NCBI GenBank assembly: GCA_009914755.4
Contig: CP086569.2
Span: forward strand, 5,472,001-5,536,000
Origin: the human T2T-CHM13v2.0 reference genome, Homo sapiens
DNA: 64,000 nucleotides
Direction: 5' to 3'
A program made the position numbers and the translations under genes. Each line of letters opens with the position of its first letter. Position 1 is the stretch's first letter. The notes beneath the pieces are model-generated. The model was given only the letters and a program-made list of their open reading frames with translations, did no database searches and had not been told where the DNA came from. Positions 15,501 through 24,789 of the stretch are shown here, one piece after another.

Positions 15501-15734
15501 CTTTCTTTTCACGGGGAACTCTCTCCCCTGTCTCTTTCCCTTTCCCAACTTGGGACCCTCAGCAGACAGCGTCTAAGCACGAGCCAATTGCAGGTCACTG
15601 ATTGGAGCTACACACAGGTGGGACCAAAAGGTGTCTATGTGGAAGTGTCTGACCACCATCACCCGTTTTGGTCAAAGGACCTGAGTTTACTTATTTTTTT
15701 CTGTCTTTCAGCAGCCAGTTTCTTGCATCCCTCT

Positions 15735-15813
15735 GGCAATTAAACCTGTTTTCCTTATATATTACCCAGTCTCAGGTATTTCTTTACAGCAGCATGAGAA
15801 CGGACTAATACAG
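15735..15813 (+). mobile_element. THE1-type MaLR LTR, terminal ~80 bp only (5' LTR remnant of the plus-strand MaLR copy)
   Basis: caattaaacctgttttccttatatattacccagtctcaggtatttctttacagcagcatgagaacggactaatacag versus the THE1 consensus terminus. Confidence 0.75.
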
Positions 15814-16460
15814 TAAGATGATACAGCAGAGAGTGGGATACTGCTATAAAGGGACTGAAAAATGTGGAAGTAACTTTGGAATTGGGTAACAGGCAGAGGT
15901 TGGAAGAGTTTGGAGGGCTCAGAAGAAGACAGGGAGATGTGGGAAAATTTGGAACTTCCTAGAGACTTGTTGAATGGTTTTGATCAAAATGCTGATAGTG
16001 ATATGGACAATGAAGTCCAGGCTGAGGTGGTTTCAGATGGAGATGAGGAACTTGTTGGAAACTGGAATAAAGGTGACTCTTGCTATGCTTTATCAAAGAG
16101 ACTGGTGGCATTTTTTTGCCTCTGCCTTAGAGATCTGTGGAACTTTGAACTTGAGAGAGATGATTTAGGGTATCTAACAGAAGACATTTTTAAGTGGCAA
16201 AGTGTTCAAGAGGAAGCTGAGCATAAAAATTTGGAAAATTTGTAGCCTGACCATGCAATAGAAAAGAAAAATCCATTTTTATGGGGAGAAATTCAAGCAG
16301 GCCACAGAATTTGTATAAGTAACGAGAAGCTGAACATTATTTCCCAAGCTAATGGGAAAAATGTCTCCAGGGTGTGTCAGAGACCTCCATGCCAGCCCTC
16401 TCCCATCAAAGGCCCAGAGGCCTAGGAGGAATACATGGTTTCATGGGCCTGGCCCAGTGC
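15814..16460 (+). mobile_element. MaLR internal region (THE1-int-like). Contains the ORF 15910-16245
   Basis: ORF MEGSEEDREMWENLELPRDLLNGFDQNADSDMDNEVQAEVV... is about 75% identical to the minus-strand ORF 18868-19713. In both copies it begins about 96 bp downstream of a THE1-type LTR end. Confidence 0.75.
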
Positions 16461-16645
16461 CCCCCTGCTCTATGCAGCCTTGAGACATGGTGCCCTGCGT
16501 ATCAGCTGCTTCAGCTTCAGGTGATTGTAATTACCTGAGGCCTCCCCAGCCATGCTGAACTCTGAGTCAAAAAACCTCTTTTCTTTATAAGTTACCCAGT
16601 CTCTGGTATGTCTTTATTAGCAGTGTGACAACAGACTAATACAGA
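16460..16645 (+). mobile_element. THE1-type MaLR LTR, 3' portion (3' LTR remnant of the plus-strand MaLR copy)
   Basis: ...gtgattgtaattacctgaggcctccccagccatgctgaactctgagtcaaaaaacctcttttctttataagttacccagtctctggtatgtctttattagcagtgtgacaacagactaatacag. Confidence 0.8.
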
Positions 16646-16649
16646 GGTC

Positions 16650-18450
16650 TCTGATTGTCTCACAGCTGTATGTAGTAGAGGATCTTCACTTAGTGCCTGA
16701 GTGGCTTTGACTCTGGAGAGGCGGACCCATGGAGAGACACCTCGGAGATTTACAGCCATTGGGGTGGTAGGAAGAACTTGATATGGCCCAGTCCAGATGG
16801 ATTCTAAAGGCCTTTCCTCCTATGCGAGAGTTTTAAGATACACCCAGTCCTCAGGCATCAGTTTAGGCTGTGTGTTCTCTGGAAAAGAGGGATTGGGTTT
16901 TAGACTATGAAGATTTTGGTAATGGGTAATGGTTTTGATGGTTTGTCCTAAGAGATATCACATGCTGTGTGAAATAATGACTTTCTGGATCTAACAAGAG
17001 GTCTGTTTGTAAGAAGGGCCTTCCATAAAGAACTTCAAATGGGCTGAGATGGGTTTCTGAATTTGGGGTAATGCAAGACCTTAAGAGGGCAATAGGGAGC
17101 ACAGCGGGCCGTGACTGTTCAGTTTCCTGTATTAGCTTTGTGAGATGCCTTTTTATGGTTTGATTAGCTTTTTCTACTTTTCCAGAGGATTGTGGATACC
17201 AGAATGCAAGCAAGTAGTATTTCATTTGAAGGCCTTAGCAACTTCTTGTTTTGAGAAATGAAGGCAGGGCCATTGTCTTATGGAATGAGTAAGGGAGCCC
17301 AACACAGGGAAGAATGTGGTCCAAAAGGGCCATGGTGGCTTCTAATGCCTGTTCAGTTTTGGTGGGAAAGGCCTCTATCCCCCCAAGTATCTACAAAGAC
17401 TAGCAAGTATTTAAGTTCCTTGCATTGGAGGCATGTGCGTAAAATCTAGCTGCCAATCTTCTCCTGGTAGGGTCCCTCATCTTCGAATGGAGTAGAGGAG
17501 AGGAGGAGATTTGTGGGTCCCTTCAGGATTCATTTTCGCAGCATGTGGCACAAGCCTGCAAGATGGCTCGCTGAAGATTGGGTTATTCCTTTACCAATAA
17601 ACAGTGGACTTACTAAGTTTTGGAGGGCTTTGGCCCCCACATTAGTTGATTTGTGTAAGCTTTTTAAATGTTTCCATTGTGAGGCTCCTGGAATGAAAGT
17701 TTGCCGTTAGAGCTTTTTAGCCAGCTTTCTGAGTTATGAGAGAAGCCTTTCACTAGAGCCCTTTGGGTTTCTTTCTGTGAATAGTGTGAGACAGGAGAGT
17801 GGGGTTAGGAACCAAAACTGCCTGAAGGGGCAGCCTGGCAGCTGCTTTTGCTTAGTCATCAGCTCATTTGTTCCCAATTGAGATTTCATCACTGCTTCCC
17901 TGATGGGCTCTGCAGTGAATGATAGCTACCTGTGCAAAAAGCAAAATTGTCTCTAACAGAATCATGATTACAGGAGCATGTCTAATTGGAGAAGTTTGGT
18001 CTGTTGAGAGTTTCCTTTTTCACCAAATGGCTGCATGGGCATGTACTACATGAATGCCTAGGCTGAGTCTGTGTAAATATTAAATCTCATGCCTGGTCCT
18101 AATTGTAAGGCTTGAGTAAGGGCAATAAGTTCTGCCTTCTGGGCTGAGGTGGTGCTGCCTGGTACGGGCCTTGATTCTATAACTTCAGTAAGGCTAACAA
18201 TTGCATACCCTGATAACTGGGTACCTTCCAACATGAAACTACTGCTGTCTGTGAACCAAGTGGCCTCTAGATTGATTGGTAAGGGGGGTGTCTTGGAGGT
18301 CTGTTCTGGTGCAACAAGTTAAATCAATAGTTTGTAAGCAGGAGTGTTTAAGTGGTCCATCTGCATTTGGAGATGGTAACAGGGTAGCAGGATTAAGAAA
18401 TTGACGTGGCTTAATGTTTAATTATGGTGTTTGCAGTACTGACTGATATC
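16650..18450 (-). mobile_element. Class I (gammaretrovirus-like) ERV pol fragment on the minus strand: RNase H (about 18300-18050) and integrase (about 17700-16905)
   Basis: Minus ORF 16905-17225 carries ...SSGKVEKANQTIKRHLTKL...LPIALLRSCITPNSETHLSPFEVLYGRPF (MLV IN C-terminal signature). The reverse complement near 17400-17470 gives ...WQLDFTHMPPMQGT.KYLLVFVDTWG (IN DDE core). The reverse complement near 18090-18200 gives SAQKAELIALTQALQLGPGMRFNIYTDS (RNase H). Disrupted by stops. Confidence 0.82.
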
Positions 18451-18499
18451 TGCTAATTCCACTATTAGAGACCCAGTGAAAGGGCTTTGAGTTTAAAAT

Positions 18500-19808
18500 A
18501 TTTGTTACATTGTGTGGTGTATATATTATTATTTCTTGGCCCAGAGTTAGCTTGGAGACCCCCCTCAACTAATAGGGTCACAGATGCTAGCGCATGGAGG
18601 AACGGAGGCCAGCCCTGTGCCAACCAATCAGGGTTCTCTGATAACTGATTGGTCATTGGAAGGGATCCAATGGCTGGGTTAGGACCATTTTCAGGGTACA
18701 GCCCTACTCCTGGCTGCTTTCATGGGCTGGCATTGAGTGTCTGCAGCTTTTCCAGGCACATGGTGCAAGTTGTTGGTGGATCTATCATTCTGGGGTCTGG
18801 AGAACAGTGGCCCTCTTCTCAGAGCTCCACTAGGCAGTGTCCCAGTGGGTACTCTGTGTAGGGGCTTCTACCCCACATTTTCCTTATATACTAACATGGC
18901 AGAGGTTCTCCATGAGGGCTCTGGCCCTGCAGCAAACTTCTGCCTGAATATCCAGGCCTTTCCATACATACTCTGAAATCTAGGCAGAGGTTTCTTAACC
19001 TCAATTCTTGACTTGTATGCACCCACAGGCCCAACACCATGTGAAAGCTGCCAAGGGTTGGGTCTTACACTCTCTGAAGCAATGGCCTGAGCTGTCCGTT
19101 GGCCCCTTATAGCCATGCCTGGAGTGGCTGGGATGTAGGGCACCAAGTCCCAAGGCTGTATAGAGTAGTGGGTCCCTGGACCTGGCCCAGGAAACCACTT
19201 TTCCTTCCTAGGCCTTGGAGTCTGTGATGGGAGGGGCTGTTGTGATGGTCTCTGACATGCCCTGGAGACATTTACCCCATTGTCTTGGTGATTAACATCC
19301 AGCTCCTCATTACTTATGCAAATTTCTGCAGTGGGCTTGAATTTCTCTTCAGAAAATGGGATTTTCTTTCCTATCCCATGGTCAGGCTGCAAATTTTCCA
19401 AACTTTTATTCTCTGCTTCCTCTTGAATCCTTTGCTGCTTAGAAATTTCTTTGGCCAGATACCCTAAATCAGGTCTCACAAATTCAATGTTCCACAGATC
19501 TCTGGGGCAGGAGCAAAATGCCACCAGTCTCTTTGCATAGCAACAGTGACCTTTACTCCAGTTCCCAACAAGTTTCCCATCTCGCTCTAAAACCACCTCA
19601 GCCTGGACTTTATTGTCCATATTATTATCAGCATTTTGATCAAAGCCATTTATCAAGTCTCTAAGAAGTTCTAAACTTTCCCACATCTTCCTGTCTTCTT
19701 CTGAGACCTCCAAATTGTTTCAACCTCTGCCTGTTTCCCAGTTCCGAAGTTGCTTCCACATTTTTGGATATCTTTATAGGAGCACTCCACTCCTGGTACC
19801 AATTTCCT
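18500..19808 (-). mobile_element. MaLR internal region (THE1-int-like), minus orientation, containing an open 281-codon ORF (18868-19713)
   Basis: ORF MEVSEEDRKMWESLELLRDLINGFDQNADNNMDNKVQAEVV... is paralogous to 15910-16245. It lies directly downstream (minus sense) of the THE1-type LTR at 19809-20157. Confidence 0.78.
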
Positions 19809-20157
19809 GTATTAGTCCATTCTCATGCTGCTAACAAAGACATATCTGATAGTGGGTAATTTATAAAGAAAAGAGGTTTAACTGACTCACCATTCTGCAT
19901 TCGGCCTCAGGAAACTTATAATTATGGTGGAAGGGGAAGCAAACACATCCTTCTTCACATGGTGGCAGGGAGAAGAAGACTGAGTGCCCAGTGCAGGGGG
20001 AAGCCCCTTATAAAACCATCAGATCTCCTGAGAGCAGGATGGGAGAAACCGCCTGCATGATTCATTTGTCTTCACCTGGTCCCACCCATGACATATGGGG
20101 ATTTGGAGAACTATAATTCAAAATGAGATTTGGGTGAGGACACATCCAAATCAGACT
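19809..20157 (-). mobile_element. THE1-type MaLR LTR (5' LTR of the minus-strand MaLR copy)
   Basis: tgtattagtccattctcatgctgctaacaaagacatatctgatagtgggtaatttataaagaaaagaggtttaactgactca ... tgagatttgggtgaggacacatccaaatca is the reverse complement of the THE1 LTR. Confidence 0.85.
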
Positions 20158-21142
20158 CTATCTATTGTTTAGACAAACTCAGACTCTGAGTTGGATTCAG
20201 GTAATACTAACCCTAATTTTCAACTCTAGCTTCAAGGAGTTTCTTTTTCCTTACTCCCTTAACTTTCCTTAAAAATCAATGAAATCTACTTTTTTCCTGG
20301 CTTCTTTACTTAATTACAGCTGTAAACTGCATCCTGGTCATTACTTTCATTGTTCTGCACTTCAACTGCCTTTTTACATCTGGATGCAATAATATTCTCC
20401 TTTCTCCTTGAACTTCACTCTTTAAGAATAAGCATGCCAATGACTCAACCACCATAACATAGTCTAGCTACTGTAGCTAACAATTAAAGCTATTACTGAG
20501 TCCTCTGAAATTTCTGGTGGGGATCCCAGATAGTTAATCTATTTATTAAATTAGCAAATAGATACTCATCAAGGCAGTTTGCACTCTATCAAGCACATAA
20601 AAACATGCAAGCGCTGGTGGACTCAAGGCAGTAATACCAACTTTGAGATTTGGGTTTATCTAATCAGCCATATAATTTAATGTCACAAAATCAATACCAC
20701 ATACTATAGGAAAAATAGCATAAAATTTTCAGTAAAAACTTCCTTCACTTGGATTTTCTGAAAAGATAACCAATTAGAACAATTTCTAAAAACCAGATGC
20801 CTAAACAATATTTTATTCTTGATGACCTTGTTTGTAACTGTGCTTTCTAAATTACCAATCACCAAAGGAAGAAGCCATGAACTTCTTATATTTTATATTT
20901 ATAATTTACAGAGGTCCCAAAAACATCATTTAATACCAGGGCTTCCTGCTTTCCCAAGAAATCTAGAATATTTTGATCTCTCTTGAAGTTGACAGAAATT
21001 AGCCCAATGGCTTTTTAAAACTTTATTCTTAGAGCTAACTCTTTTTACTCAATTCTATTACAGGCTCACAGTAATTATCCAACTGCTTCACTTAAACAGC
21101 TTCATCCTCTTGACATTAATACTATTATAAGGGAAGTAGGAT

Positions 21143-22978
21143 ATGGTTGCTATTTGCAGGGGGATTTCCAAGATTACCACCCAGATAAAATTTCTTTATA
21201 TTTGTCCTAGTAATCTCATATACCTCCATGCCACACAACAATATACCAAGGTACTAGGTGTTTGTTTGTTTTTCTTATACTCTGTACAGTCCTTCTTCTT
21301 TCCTGTCTCCCTGAATTCACTATATATTGTCACCTTTAACATGTCAGGCTTCATCCTAGTTACTTGGATATCTCTACAATTAGCATTAACACTTAAAATG
21401 AACCTTACTCTGCCAAGTCTTGTGGATTACATTGTACTTGAAGGGACTCACAAGCTATTAAGGAAACAACATTCTCTGTGTGCCAAGGATTGTTGGTTTT
21501 GTTTACTATTAGTCCCTGAAAGGTATGATTCCATATTCCCTATTTATGCTCAGAATTTCATCCCTTTTAACACCACCTTGTATCCCAAATTCCTGTTTTC
21601 CCACTCCCACAGGACCCTAAAAAGCATACACAAGGCATGGTAGCTTCATTCTCTGCCTATTTAAGTCAATACACAACCAAGCTAAAAACATAAACCCTCT
21701 CAAAGGACTGGTTCCCTGACCCAAGAGAAAATCCCCTGTTGTAGGCCCCCTTTTTAAACAAGTCCAATTCAAACATTAAGCTTTTTTTTTTAAGCAACAG
21801 AAAACAAACATTACTTCAACCCTGTTGGTAATGTTCCTAAACCCCTTTGCAACTACACTGTAACTATAAATTGTACCAATAGAAAATATGTATCGGGGAA
21901 AATATAATTTGGTACCAGTTAGAATATCAGGCCTAGCCAACCTCAATGCCCCAAATCTCCAAACTATAAACTATCACTTCTGTACAGTGAGGCCCTCTCC
22001 AGACACTTGTCCTGATGTAACTCCATGGCAAAATGGCAAGGTTATGAATTCCCCTAACAATTGCCTACAACTTCTCATGCTCAGCAACCCCAAATCTCAG
22101 ATTTTTCTAGACTCTCAATGCTTTCAGTTATTCTGGGAAAACAAAATCCACCCAAATGCAAACTATAATATCCAAGCCTTACAGCCTCTTACAACTGCTA
22201 CTCTAGCTACCTCATACTTGTTCTTCAGGTCAGAAGGCCAAAACACACTTCGTTTCTTCACTCTAAGTTTAATATCTTGCCTTAAATCTGAGGAAGCATT
22301 CTTCCTCCATAAACAAATGCATGTATTTGTCTTCCAGCCAACTGAACTAGAACTTGTACACTAGTTTACTTAGTCCTAGACATCCAAATTGCTCCTTCCA
22401 ATCAATTCCTTCCAATACCACTTTATAGTTCTAGCAGAGAAAACTGAGCAATCCATCTGATTGCCCTGTTCATTGGCCTAGGGATTGCCATTGGGTTAAG
22501 CATGGGAATAATAGGTATGAGCCTCACAGCCCATACTTATTATACCCTCTCAATGGAACACCCCACCAAGCTCAAACATATCTCGGACACCCAGGAAGTC
22601 CTCCAAAATCAGGCCAACTTCATAGCACAAATTGTTCTCCAAAATGGCTGTGGCATAAATCTGCTTACAGGAGCCCAGTGGGGTATTTGTTTAGTCCTTG
22701 AATAGGAATGTTGTGTTTATGTTAATCAGTCGGGAATAGTGCAGAACCATGTCCAAAAAAAAAAAAAAAACCATGTCAAGCTGCTGAAATAGAAAAAAAA
22801 AAAAGCATCACAAGCATAGTCTTCATGGATATCTACTTTGGGATGGTTCTCCTGGTTCCTCTCCTTTTTGGGGCCACAAACAGGTATTTTATTATTCCTT
22901 CTTTTCAATCCTTGTATCTTCAACTTACTTGTCAAATTTTCTAGATCTTGTGGGAATGCTTCAATCTCTTTATTCTTT
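21143..22978 (+). mobile_element. Class I ERV env gene remnant (SU and TM), plus strand. The TM tail resembles the HERV-W/ERV9 group. The cytoplasmic tail is cut at about 22978, where a minus-strand L1 ORF1 begins
   Basis: ORF 21143-21643 contains the SU motif CWFC (..AKDCWFCLL..). ORF 22502-22705 contains ...LQNQANFIAQIVLQNGCGINLLTGAQWGICLVLE (immunosuppressive-domain-like), followed out of frame by CCVYVNQSGIV (CX6CC). Frame 3 of 22820-22978 gives GWFSWFLSFLGPQTGILLFLLFNPCIFNLLVKFS (membrane anchor, cf. syncytin-1 LLLFGPCIFNLLVNFVSS). Confidence 0.8.
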
Positions 22979-22984
22979 TTTCTT

Positions 22985-23368
22985 TAGTCTCCTTTGTGTA
23001 CTTTCAAATAGACTGTCTTCAAGCTCATTAATTCTTTCTTTGCTTGATCCATTCTGCTAAGAGATTCTGATGCATTCTTCTGTATGTCAATTCCATCTTT
23101 CAACTCCATAATTTCTGTTTGATTTTTTAAATTTATTTCAATGTCTTTGTTAAATTTATCTGATATTATTCTAAATTTCTTCTCTTTGTTATTATGAATG
23201 AGTTTCTTAAAAACAGCTATTTTGATTTCTGTGTCTGAAACAACACGTGCATCCATTTCTCTGGCATTGTTTCCTGGTGCTTTATTTAGTTTATTTTATG
23301 AACTTATTGTTTCCCGGATAGCCTTGATGCCTGTGGGTGTTAACTGTTGTCTGTGCATCGAGTAGTTA
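22985..23368 (-). mobile_element. L1 (older primate L1) ORF1 N-terminal part plus the proximal 5'UTR, minus orientation. This is the same element as 24790-26800, split by the LTR12 insertion. ORF1 C-terminus, ORF2 and 3'UTR are absent
   Basis: Minus ORF 22984-23256 is an L1 ORF1 coiled-coil region (...KNQTEIMELKDGIDIQKNASESLSRMDQAKKELMSLK...). The sequence is collinear with L1 #1 at 5900-6170. Confidence 0.85.
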
Positions 23369-24788
23369 TGTGTCCGAAATTGGTGGGTTCTTGGTCTCAC
23401 TGACTTCAAGAATGAAGCCGCAGACCCTCGTGGTGAGTGTTACAGTTCTTAAAGATGTGTGTCCGGAGTTTGTTCCTTCTGATGTTCAGACATGTTCGGA
23501 GTTTATTCCTTCTGGTGGGTTCGTGGTCTCGCTGGATTCAGGAGTGAAGCTGCGGACCTTCGCGGTGAGGGTTACAGCTCTTAAGGTGGCGCGTCTGGAG
23601 TTGTTCATTCCTCCTGTCCGGAGTTGTTCATTCCTCCCGGTGGGTTCGTGGTCTCGCTGGCCTCAGGAGTGAAGCTGCAGACCTTCATGGTGAGTGTTAT
23701 AGCTCATAAAAGCAGCGTGGACCCAAAGAGTGGGCAGCAGCAAGATTTATTTCAAAGAGCGAAAGAACAAAGCTTCCACAATGTGGAAGGGGACCCGAGT
23801 GGATAGCCACTGCTGGATCCAGCAGCCTGCTTTTATTCTCTTATGTGGCCCCACCCACAACCTGCTGATTGGTCAATTTTACAGAGAGCTGATTGGTCCA
23901 TCTTGACAGGGTGCTGATTGGTGTGTTTACAATCCCTGAGCTAGACACAGCGTGCTGATTGGTGTGTTTACAATCCCTGAGCTAGACACAGCATGCTGAT
24001 TGGTGCATTTACAATCCTTTAGCTAGACATAAAAGTTTTCCAAGTCCCCACTAGATTATCTAGACACAGAGCACTGACTGGTACGTTTACAAACCTTGAG
24101 CTAGACACAGAGTGCTGATTGGTGTATTTACAATCCTTTAGCTAGACATAAAAGTTCTCCATGCCCCCACCCGACTCAGGAGCCCAGCTGGCTTTGCCTA
24201 GTGGATCCCGCACCAGGGCCGCGGGTGGAGCTGCCCGCCATTCCCATGCCATGCACCTGCATTCCTCAGCCCTTGGGTGGTTGATGGGACTGGGTGCTGC
24301 AGAGCAGGGGGACGGTGCCCATCAGGGAGGCTCGGGCCGTGGGGCAGCCCACCGTTGGGGGGCTCAGGCATGGCGGGCTGCAGGTCCTGAGCCATGCTGA
24401 GGCCCGGCGAGAATTCAAGTGCAGCGTGGATGGGCCGGCAGTGCTGGGGAACCCGGTGCCCCTCCACAGCTGCTGGCCCGGGTGCTAAGCCCCTCACTGC
24501 CTGGAGCAGCAGCGCTGGCTGGCCACTCTGAGTGTGAGGCCCACTGAGCCCATGCTCACCCAGAACTCACGCTGGCCCGCAAGTGTCGCTCCCAGTTTCC
24601 CGCCCGTGCCTCTCCCTCCACACCTACCCGCAAGCAGAGGGAGCCGGCTCTAGCCTCTGCCAGCCCAGAGAGGGGCTCCCACAGTACAGAGGCAGGCTGA
24701 AGGGCTCCTCAGGCATGGCCAGAGTGGATGCCGAGGCCAAGGAGGCGCTGAGAGCGAGCGAGGGCCATCAGCACATTGTCACCTCTCA
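23369..24788 (+). mobile_element. LTR12-family (HERV9 LTR, LTR12C-like) solo LTR of about 1.42 kb, inserted in the L1 5'UTR, with a 4-bp TSD GTTA
   Basis: Begins TGTGTCCGAAATTGGTGGGTTCTTGGTCTCACTGACTTCAAGAATGAAGCCGCAGACCCTCG. Three ~72-bp U3 tandem repeats (GGTGGGTTCGTGGTCTCGCTGG..TCAGGAGTGAAGCTGC.GACCTTC..GGTGAG.GTTACAGCTC). A run of GCTGATTGGTG..TTTACAATCCCTGAGCTAGACACAG units. GC-rich R/U5. Ends ...CATTGTCACCTCTCA. Flanks are ..GAGTAGTTA | LTR | GTTAGGTATTT. Confidence 0.88.
23860..24125 (+). promoter_or_regulatory. Cluster of six CCAAT boxes (as ATTGG, NF-Y-type) in the LTR12 U3 repeat units
   Basis: gctgattggt occurs at about 23866, 23893, 23917, 23955, 23996 and 24112. One further unit is mutated to gactgg. 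This is established LTR12 enhancer/promoter architecture. Confidence 0.7.
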
Positions 24789-24789
24789 G

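Noticed and set aside
15360-15743. 127-aa plus-strand ORF
   Set aside because: It spans a putative LTR/leader and the start of a MaLR LTR fragment, and the translation is low-complexity Leu/Ser/Pro-rich. Not coding.
23385-24125. Regularly spaced tandem repeats reminiscent of a CRISPR array
   Set aside because: The units are the known U3 tandem repeats of LTR12/HERV9 (about 72-bp units and about 38-bp CCAAT-containing units). The spacers are not unique, and the context is eukaryotic.
24161-24497. Three overlapping ORFs (79-99 aa, both strands) in a GC-rich stretch
   Set aside because: They lie in the GC-rich R/U5 part of the LTR12 solo LTR. High GC content suppresses stop codons, and the translations are low-complexity Ala/Gly/Pro-rich with no domain.
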